A stretch of DNA of 55,495 nucleotides from a virus (lineage: Duplodnaviria; Caudoviricetes), in IMG/VR virus record IMGVR_UViG_3300021474_000001, positions 1-55,495 of that record; one strand, written 5' to 3'. A model generated the notes under the pieces. It was not told the origin of the DNA and ran no database searches. It worked only from the letters and a program-made list of their open reading frames with translations. Of this stretch, positions 49,135 through 55,495 are shown one piece after another. The translations under genes and the position numbers were made by a program. The stretch's first letter is position 1; the number at the start of each line of letters is the position of its first letter.

Positions 49135-49335
49135 AGCGTCGCATCTACGTGCCGGAGGAAAAAGCGTTCCTCATCCGAGAGGATGCGATGGACGACCTCG
49201 AAGCGCACGCGGATTGGCCGCGACGCGGCTGCGACCAGACCGAGCAGTTGCGAATATCGGCGGACATCAAAAGGATGATGGCGAAGGTTCGCGAGCACCC
49301 AGTACCGCAGAGAACGCGATTAATCGACCCTTAAT

Positions 49336-49364
49336 TTGATATTGGCGGCGAGTCGGCGTAGTGT
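49336..49364 (+). promoter_or_regulatory. Sigma70 promoter, leaderless
   Basis: TTGATA-17-TAGTGT-6-ATG. Confidence 0.6.
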
Positions 49365-49370
49365 GGCGAA

Positions 49371-49544
49371 ATGGACCGCGACGAGGAAAATACGAGGCTA
49401 CTGAATAACGTCGTTACCGAGTTGCAGCACATCAAGGAATTACTCAGAGACAAACTCGATCAGATCATCGCGAACACGGCTCCGAAGCCGAGCACCGATA
49501 TAGCAAGTCTAGGGGTGACGGTCGATCCACCAATCAAACAGTGA
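49371..49544 (+). CDS. 57-aa coiled-coil protein ending DIASLGVTVDPPIKQ (not in ORF track)
   Basis: Translated by hand; heptad L/I pattern, then a tail matching the next gene's tail. Confidence 0.8.
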   Translation: MDRDEENTRLLNNVVTELQHIKELLRDKLDQIIANTAPKPSTDIASLGVTVDPPIKQ

Positions 49545-49554
49545 GGAGAGAACG

Positions 49555-49941
49555 ATGCCAGGAAAAGTAGGTTCATTCAAAGCGACCGCCACGCAGACGA
49601 TGCTTGACGATCAGAAGGCTCTCGTGCATTTTCAGCCGCTTGATTCGACCGGCGCTCCGACCTCGCTGCCGACTGGCGGCGCGCTCGTATTCGCGCTGTC
49701 CGATGCGACCGCGACTCTCGTACCGCCGCCCGCAGACCCGACGACAGGGATTGTCGATCCGTTGGCAATCTACGTCGTGGGCGTGAAAAAGACGGCGGGC
49801 ACTCCGACGCTCACCGGCACCTTCACGAACGCAGACGGCACCACGGCGACCGGCGGCGTAGCGTTCACCATCACAATTGACCCCGCAGAACTCGACGTGT
49901 CGAGCCTCGGCGTCACTGTCGATCCGCCCGTTTCCCAGTAG
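49555..49941 (+). CDS. Ig-like beta-sandwich protein ending DVSSLGVTVDPPVSQ
   Basis: GAGGAG RBS; alternating beta pattern. Confidence 0.8.
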   Translation: MPGKVGSFKATATQTMLDDQKALVHFQPLDSTGAPTSLPTGGALVFALSDATATLVPPPADPTTGIVDPLAIYVVGVKKTAGTPTLTGTFTNADGTTATGGVAFTITIDPAELDVSSLGVTVDPPVSQ

Positions 49942-49953
49942 CTTCCTCGCGCT

Positions 49954-50003
49954 CGCCGCGCCTGCATTTCCCCCCGAGACGCAGGTTGCGGCGGGCGTTC
50001 TTT
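49954..50003 (+). terminator. Stem-loop/terminator after the two-gene unit
   Basis: cgccgcgcctgc...gcaggttgcggcg followed by ttcttt. Confidence 0.55.
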
Positions 50004-50014
50004 CCCCTTCCAAG

Positions 50015-50044
50015 TTGACATCAGCCAACCGCTTGGCTCATAAT
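50015..50044 (+). promoter_or_regulatory. Sigma70 promoter, leaderless
   Basis: TTGACA-18-CATAAT-7-ATG. Confidence 0.7.
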
Positions 50045-50051
50045 GGCGCGC

Positions 50052-50213
50052 ATGGCAGGCGACAGAAAATATGGGCGCAACGAAGTTAAGTGCAAACGGT
50101 ACGCAGCGCAGGGCCGACAGAACTTCAACGCTCGCAAGCGATTAAAACGGCACCTAGACCAGCAGCCGCGAGATGGCATCGCGCGCGCGGCTCTTGATCG
50201 TCTCGGTCGATAA
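50052..50213 (+). CDS. 53-aa basic protein
   Basis: MAGDRKYGRNEVKCKRY...; TAATG-coupled to the next gene. Confidence 0.6.
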   Translation: MAGDRKYGRNEVKCKRYAAQGRQNFNARKRLKRHLDQQPRDGIARAALDRLGR

Positions 50214-50329
50214 TGAAGAAAAATCCTCACGCGGTCGCGCTCGGACGCAAGGGCGGCAAGGCCAAGACTCCCGCCAAGGCGAAAGCGGCGCGCGAGAACG
50301 CCAAGAAAAAGGTGAAGCATGACTCGTAA
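50213..50329 (+). CDS. 38-aa Lys-rich peptide (KNPHAVALGRKGG type)
   Basis: MKKNPHAVALGRKGGKAKTPAKAKAARENAKK. Confidence 0.7.
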   Translation: MKKNPHAVALGRKGGKAKTPAKAKAARENAKKKVKHDS

Positions 50330-50546
50330 ACTGATTGCTCTCGCGGCGCTCTCGATGCTGATTTATGGTTGCTCAACGTTGTGCTCGATACCGGGCATCT
50401 CGTCGCTGAACGTCTGCACACAGCCTACAGCCTCGGCTAGCGCCACTGACACGCCGACTGCTACGCCATCGCCAACCGCCGTAGCGAATGCGCCGTGGCC
50501 CGTAGCTCCAACCGGACTGCCGACACCTCGACCGGGGATTAACTGA
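50319..50546 (+). CDS. Lipoprotein with Thr/Pro tail
   Basis: LIYGC lipobox; TPTATPSPT. Confidence 0.65.
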   Translation: MTRKLIALAALSMLIYGCSTLCSIPGISSLNVCTQPTASASATDTPTATPSPTAVANAPWPVAPTGLPTPRPGIN

Positions 50547-51334
50547 TGAAACTAGGATTGAAGCCGTTCCGCCACACGCTCAAGACGATGCGTCAAGCTG
50601 TCGCCACGTCGAATATTCTGGACCAACTCGGAGCACCGCCGCCGTTCTCGCCCGGCTACTCCGGTAACATGGACATTCAGAGCGGCGGCGACATCGGGAT
50701 CGACGGCAACGATCAGTACGGCGATTGCGTGTTCGCGGATGTAGCGCATCGCATCATGGTGCGCACCGCGCAGATGGGCGCGGGCAAGATGATCGTCGCC
50801 ACCACCGCAGAAACGCTGCAACTCTACTCGGAAGTGACCGGCTTCAACGCGAGCGACCCGAATACCGATCAGGGCGGCGATCTCGTTACAACCGCTCAGT
50901 ACATGCAGAAAACCGGAATGCTGATCGGCGGCGTCCGGCACATGGAAGCGGCGAATGGGGTCATCGACCCTGTGAACATCGATCATCTCAAGTGGTCGAT
51001 TTGTTTGTTCGGATGCGCCCCGATGGGCTGGAATCTGCCGCAGTCTGCGCTCGACCAATTCGATGCGGGCCAGCCATTCGATTACGTCAAGGGAAGTCCG
51101 ATAGTCGGCGGACACGACATGCTCGGCTTGGAGTATCGACCTGAGAGTCCGACGAATCCGGGCTGGCTCGTCGGGACGTGGGCGAAGCGATGGCCCGCGA
51201 CGGATGCGTTCGTCGCCAACTATTTGAGCGAGGTGGTGCCGGTCGGAGCCAAGGATTTCATTACGGCCAACGGCCTCGCGCCCAGCGGCGTGAACCTGCC
51301 GCAGATACTTCAGCTATTGGGCGAAATTAACTAA
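50546..51334 (+). CDS. Papain-like cysteine peptidase-related phage protein
   Basis: GNDQYGDCV.A; DP.TDQG; GGH; TW. Confidence 0.65.
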   Translation: MKLGLKPFRHTLKTMRQAVATSNILDQLGAPPPFSPGYSGNMDIQSGGDIGIDGNDQYGDCVFADVAHRIMVRTAQMGAGKMIVATTAETLQLYSEVTGFNASDPNTDQGGDLVTTAQYMQKTGMLIGGVRHMEAANGVIDPVNIDHLKWSICLFGCAPMGWNLPQSALDQFDAGQPFDYVKGSPIVGGHDMLGLEYRPESPTNPGWLVGTWAKRWPATDAFVANYLSEVVPVGAKDFITANGLAPSGVNLPQILQLLGEIN

Positions 51335-51352
51335 CCGAAAAGGAGAACTCAA

Positions 51353-51532
51353 ATGGGCAACTGGCTTCCGTACATACTCGCATTCCTTCAGGCGCTTCCG
51401 ACGCTGATTCCTGAAATCACGACGATCATCGACGCGATCATTGCGATCTTCAATCAGAACCCGACTCCCGCAAATCAGGCTCGCATCGCGAATCTGCAGC
51501 AGATCAAGGCTGGCCTGCCCGCCAAGCCGTAG
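51353..51532 (+). CDS. 59-aa amphipathic protein
   Basis: AAGGAG RBS; MGNWLPYILAFLQALPTLIPEI. Confidence 0.65.
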   Translation: MGNWLPYILAFLQALPTLIPEITTIIDAIIAIFNQNPTPANQARIANLQQIKAGLPAKP

Positions 51533-51544
51533 TCCTCTGCGCCC

Positions 51545-52741
51545 ATGCCGTACATCGATCCGGTAATCGCCAGCCGAATCAAGGCGGCATGGAGCGCACT
51601 GCCCGCTGACCAGCGCGCCCGCATCACTGCCCGCCTGAACGCCAAGCGCGTCTCCAAGGGCTTCCAGCAGCCCGTGCCGCTACAGGAACTCGTCACGCTC
51701 GACGCTGCGGTCGGTGCCGTCGCGGTGCCGAAGGTGGCGCTGACCTCTCAGGTCGATTCGAGCGGCGAGATTTGGGGCACGGGCAGGTACGAGCATCTTG
51801 ACCCAGGATGGGCGGAATCCATCGCGTGCTGGCTGGAGACGATGCACGACCACCACCCGTTCAACCACGACGCTCCGGTCATTCAGATACCGGACACGGT
51901 GAGAATAGCGATTGCGGGCGACTGGGGCACCGGAGACTGGCGGGACGCGGGGAATCCGGCACCGAGTACGCGGGTGGCGGCGCAGATGGCGGCGCTCAAG
52001 CCTGATTTGACCGTCCATCTTGGCGACGAGTATTACGCGGGCACGGCGGACGAGGAAAAGCATCTATTCGCGGCGCTCTGGCCCCAAGGAAGGCTCGGCT
52101 CGTTCGCGATGGCGTCCAATCACGGCATGTACAGCGGCGGGTACGGCTATTATGACGTGACGTTGGATCATCCCGCATTCAGGCTTCAACGCGGTTGCTC
52201 GTTCTTCGCGCTCGAAAATTCCTCGTGGGTTATCATGGGATTGGATTCCGCCTACTACGCCGACCCAGAGGCTCTCTACATGGATGGAAGTCTGCGCGGC
52301 AACGGGTATCCCGACTTCCAGAGCGAGTTCCTGCGGGAGCAGGTGGCGAAGGGGAAGAAGGTAATCGTGCTGACGCATCACAACGGATTGAGTGACGATG
52401 GCGGCACGGCGACGCCCCTAGCCACCGAGATATTTCGACTGAACCCATCCAACTCGCCATTTTATTGGTATTGGGGGCACGAGCATTTCGCTGCGGTTTA
52501 CAAAATGCCGAAGGCGCTAATACCTACGTTTTGCCGCTGCGTCGGGCACGGCGGCGTCCCCTACGGCATGGCGACGGTGCTGGAGAGTCCCAACGTCGAA
52601 TGGTACGAGACGCGACTGGCGAACGACCCTGAGATTCCGCAGCGCGTGCTCTGCGGGTTTGCTACGATAGACCTCGACGGTCCAAATATCACCGAACGGA
52701 TGATCGACGAGAACGGCGGCATCGCATGGGAGAGCAAATGA
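51545..52741 (+). CDS. Calcineurin-like metallophosphoesterase
   Basis: GDWG, HLGDEYY, SNHGMY (variant of GNH), THH, WGHEH, GHGG. Confidence 0.88.
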   Translation: MPYIDPVIASRIKAAWSALPADQRARITARLNAKRVSKGFQQPVPLQELVTLDAAVGAVAVPKVALTSQVDSSGEIWGTGRYEHLDPGWAESIACWLETMHDHHPFNHDAPVIQIPDTVRIAIAGDWGTGDWRDAGNPAPSTRVAAQMAALKPDLTVHLGDEYYAGTADEEKHLFAALWPQGRLGSFAMASNHGMYSGGYGYYDVTLDHPAFRLQRGCSFFALENSSWVIMGLDSAYYADPEALYMDGSLRGNGYPDFQSEFLREQVAKGKKVIVLTHHNGLSDDGGTATPLATEIFRLNPSNSPFYWYWGHEHFAAVYKMPKALIPTFCRCVGHGGVPYGMATVLESPNVEWYETRLANDPEIPQRVLCGFATIDLDGPNITERMIDENGGIAWESK

Positions 52742-52998
52742 AATTCAGAAAGAAGCCTGTGGTGATCGAAGCGTTCCAATGGTCCGAAGATGTACAGAGT
52801 GAAGATTGGCCCGACTGGTTTTTGGGTGGGATCGGGCGTGGTGACGTTCAGCCTCAAGATGAATGTTGCCTGATCAAGACACTTGAGGGGACGATGCGCG
52901 CCGACTACAAGGATTGGATCATTCGCGGTGTTAAGGGCGAAATCTATCCATGCAAGCCCGATATCTTCGCGGCGACCTATGAGCCCGTCACAGAATAA
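52738..52998 (+). CDS. Conserved phage protein (KKPVVIEA...YPCKPDIF family)
   Basis: MKFRKKPVVIEAFQW...IKTLEG...DWIIRGVKGE.YPCKPDIF..TYE. Confidence 0.85.
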   Translation: MKFRKKPVVIEAFQWSEDVQSEDWPDWFLGGIGRGDVQPQDECCLIKTLEGTMRADYKDWIIRGVKGEIYPCKPDIFAATYEPVTE

Positions 52999-53367
52999 AC
53001 TCCGCTGGGTCTGGCAGTGCAAAGGCCCGTGCATGGTCGTCACCTCGACGCCGAAGGGGAAGCTGCCCCCGTACCCTTGCTCATGCGGCGGCGACGAATG
53101 GCTGTTGATTACCGAGAGGCCGGAGACCGAAGAGGAAGCCAAGGTGAACGCTCTGTGGCGTCGGGTGGTCGCGGCGCATCCAGAATGGCGGATTCCCTAT
53201 GCCGGACCCACTCACTAGAAAGTGTGCGCTGTGCCATGGAGTGATCATGGACGGCGACGGAATCAACGATCTCCAAGTGCCACTGGTTGACGAGCGCGGA
53301 GAGATGCGGCACCTGCATCTGGAGGCGTGCATCGTGGAGTTGCTGGGGCGGATCGACAGGATGAGCT

Positions 53368-53739
53368 ATGCCGGAATCACGCACTAGGGGCGACATCTCG
53401 ATTCTGTACGTCGTGCTGGTGATCTTCGTGGGCGGCTGGCTACTCGCGTCGTGCCCGCCGAATGGAACTACCTACGGCGCTGAGAATCCCTGCTCCTACT
53501 CAGACATAGCAGCGTACCAGCAGACGGAGAAGCTGCGGGAAGTGTCGAGCAACTTTGCCGACATCTCCACCAAGGCGCAGGAGACGTGTAGCCCCGCCAA
53601 GGACGGCGACGCCTTCTGCCAGCAGGTGGTCATCAACGCCGCGGCCAACGCGGAGACAGCGGAGCAGCAGGCGTATCAGGCGTGGGGGACCATCTCGAAG
53701 GGCTGTCGGGAGTACATACGAAACGCCCGATCAAGATAG
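53368..53739 (+). CDS. Membrane-anchored or lipoprotein hypothetical
   Basis: Hydrophobic helix then LLASC; several Cys. Confidence 0.55.
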   Translation: MPESRTRGDISILYVVLVIFVGGWLLASCPPNGTTYGAENPCSYSDIAAYQQTEKLREVSSNFADISTKAQETCSPAKDGDAFCQQVVINAAANAETAEQQAYQAWGTISKGCREYIRNARSR

Positions 53740-53942
53740 ACGACGATGTGCCGGTTCCCCCTCGCTATACGTATCCCTTGCGAGAACTTAAAGTAGGACA
53801 GTCGTGCTTCGTGCCGGGAATAAACATCACTTCTTTGGCGGGCTACGCTTGGAATATCACGCGCAAGAGCGGCCAGAAGTTCACGATGGAGACACGAGTT
53901 GAGAAGCGCAAAAAGGGTGTCCGGTGCTGGCGGATAGCATGA
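53682..53942 (+). CDS. Small phage DNA-binding-like protein (start uncertain)
   Basis: I.IDDDVPVP...YP...LKVGQS.FVP...GVRCWR. Confidence 0.6.
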   Translation: MGDHLEGLSGVHTKRPIKIDDDVPVPPRYTYPLRELKVGQSCFVPGINITSLAGYAWNITRKSGQKFTMETRVEKRKKGVRCWRIA

Positions 53943-54123
53943 TCTGGTTGATTCTACTGCTAGCTATGCTGGAGCCGATGTCACCGGGGATTCACACTCC
54001 GCATGTCCCGCCAGCGAACGTCGCACTGACCAAGGCTCCACTCTGCACGGTAGCCAAGGTGCGGTCGGCGAACGGGCTGCTCGTCGTGAAGATTAAGGAA
54101 GCCTGTCGGTGACAGCGCACGCG

Positions 54124-54139
54124 CCCGTCTGCGGACGGG
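54124..54139. terminator. Hairpin at the convergence of the two arms
   Basis: cccgtc-tgcg-gacggg between convergent stops; no U tract. Confidence 0.4.
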
Positions 54140-54140
54140 A

Positions 54141-54416
54141 TTAGCAGTAGCCAGAGCTAATCTGCGTCGGTTCTTTGACGCCTTCGAGCAGCTTGCGCCA
54201 CGTTGTCCGAATCTTCTCACCGTCGAGGTCGTACTCGAATTCTTCGTCCATCTTGGAGTCGGGCACTTCCTCGAAGTACTCTTCCAAATCTTCGTGGGCC
54301 TCGGCCTCGCCAATTAGCGAAATGTAGTAGGCGCGCATCTCTTCTTCCGAGCGTGCGCAGTAGTATTCCGTTCCATCGGGACCGATACACCAGACTCTCA
54401 TTTCATCGCTCATCAC
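54141..54416 (-). CDS. Acidic hypothetical protein
   Basis: AAGGAGGT RBS. Confidence 0.7.
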   Translation of the reverse strand: MMSDEMRVWCIGPDGTEYYCARSEEEMRAYYISLIGEAEAHEDLEEYFEEVPDSKMDEEFEYDLDGEKIRTTWRKLLEGVKEPTQISSGYC

Positions 54417-54449
54417 ACACCTCCTTGCAGCGCACGCGCCGATTTGCGA

Positions 54450-54650
54450 TTAGCGGGCGTTAGAGAACGGGTCGGCTATCACCAACGCTTCGACGACGCT
54501 GACGCACTTCTCGCATCCACCAACGCGACCGCCTGAGTGTTTATCGACAAAGACTAGACAGTTTGCAGATCGCACTTCCGCGACAATGTGGATAGGCGAA
54601 CCGCCAGAGTCAAACGCTTCAAATCGAAATATACCATCGGCTCTACTCAT
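54450..54650 (-). CDS. Hypothetical protein
   Basis: GAGGAG RBS. Confidence 0.55.
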   Translation of the reverse strand: MSRADGIFRFEAFDSGGSPIHIVAEVRSANCLVFVDKHSGGRVGGCEKCVSVVEALVIADPFSNAR

Positions 54651-54800
54651 GTTTCTCCTCTCAGATTAAAGGCCATCCCGTCACTTGCCTATCATCAGCC
54701 GCATCAAGAGCGTGCCAGCCGCAAGGCCTACGGCGAAACCAACGATAAAATCCATGCTCACCTGACTATCCCCTTAAGGCCATCCCGAATATGCGTGGCG

Positions 54801-54965
54801 CTACCTTTGGGGGATTCGCGTCGCCCGGGACATCGGGGTGGGACTCGGTGTTGAAGTTCCTACAAACCGATAGGTCGAGCCAAGATATTCGCCATAGCCG
54901 TTCTGTGCCATTTGAATGAGGGTGGCCGCCAACGCCATTGCGAGTATTAATGAGATTACTTTCAT
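54801..54965 (-). CDS. 54-aa exported peptide with TSTPSPTP segment
   Basis: AAGGAG RBS; MKVISLILAMALAA signal. Confidence 0.55.
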   Translation of the reverse strand: MKVISLILAMALAATLIQMAQNGYGEYLGSTYRFVGTSTPSPTPMSRATRIPQR

Positions 54966-55029
54966 GCTGTGTCTCCTTGCATCATCCTGCTTAAACCTCG
55001 TTCTATGCTTCGGCGCTGGGCGCGGTGCG

Positions 55030-55495
55030 TCATCGCTTCAGGCTCAGCAGCCCGCCGTTGAGTGTCGTCGCTCCGGCCTTGCGCAGTTTGTCCTCGGATC
55101 GGTAGATGGTTCGCACGTCGCGCTTTAAAAGTCCCGCGAGGTTCGTAATTCGCATCTCGCCGTGAATCAGAAGCGCGTCGATGATCTCTGATGGGACGCC
55201 GGGAAACTGATTCTTGTAGTTCTGCCAGCGCGGATCGCCGTTCGCTGGGGCACCCGCAACATTCGTCGGGCCGTTCGCCGCTTCCCCGACAACTAGGTCC
55301 ATCTCGCCGAACAGAATGTTGAGCGCGCGATGGAACGGGGCGAGCGTCCCTTGTAGATTCTTCACCGTGCGTGCGAGCCGGTCTTTCTCCGTGGTCGCAT
55401 CCTCGAGGTCGCGCCGGAGCTTGCGGTTCTCATCTTCGAGGCGCTGAACGTCGCGGCGGTAGTCGTGCGAGTCCGGCTCGACGGTCGGCCTAAGC
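55030..55495 (-). CDS. 3' part of the junction-spanning coiled-coil + winged-HTH protein
   Basis: IIDALL.HGEM...LA.LL.RD.RTIYR; continues in frame from 147->1. Confidence 0.75.
   Translation of the reverse strand, partial: LRPTVEPDSHDYRRDVQRLEDENRKLRRDLEDATTEKDRLARTVKNLQGTLAPFHRALNILFGEMDLVVGEAANGPTNVAGAPANGDPRWQNYKNQFPGVPSEIIDALLIHGEMRITNLAGLLKRDVRTIYRSEDKLRKAGATTLNGGLLSLKR
55369..55495. repeat. Terminal direct repeat, copy 2
   Basis: Identical to 1-127. Confidence 0.95.

Noticed and set aside
54760-54900. Possible tRNA or structured RNA in an ORF-poor stretch
   Set aside because: No cloverleaf or T-loop consensus; mostly explained by a small minus-strand gene with an RBS

Overview
The window is an apparently complete, circularly assembled ~55.4 kb tailed-phage genome. 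Bases 1-127 are repeated at 55369-55495, and an ORF reads in frame across the join. Gene order suggests a podovirus. A leftward recombination block (RecT, PD-(D/E)XK nuclease, VRR-NUC, J-domain protein) and a rightward replication block (Zn-finger/DnaB-N/RecA-type helicase, putative origin, DNA methyltransferase) diverge from one ribbon-helix-helix (RHH) control region. A leftward block of small early genes and a ~42 kb rightward arm diverge from a second RHH control region. That arm carries terminase, portal, scaffold, a capsid gene flanked by two homing endonucleases, tail/ejection proteins, lysis genes and accessory genes. I recognise no integrase, DNA polymerase, reverse transcriptase, tRNA or CRISPR array. 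The most unusual features are: (1) a ~12 kb late-operon block with a methyltransferase and a glycosyltransferase followed by signal-peptide-bearing, Cys-rich proteins with long Thr-Ala linkers, two of which end in a shared tail-fibre-like module; (2) a self-contained two-gene unit whose products share a C-terminal beta-strand, suggesting a donor-strand polymer plus its anchor; (3) an RHH gene scrambled by two mutually compensating tandem duplications (28+17 bp); (4) a split tail-nozzle gene; (5) several unannotated protamine-like mini-genes. All calls come from reading motifs by eye; no searches were run.
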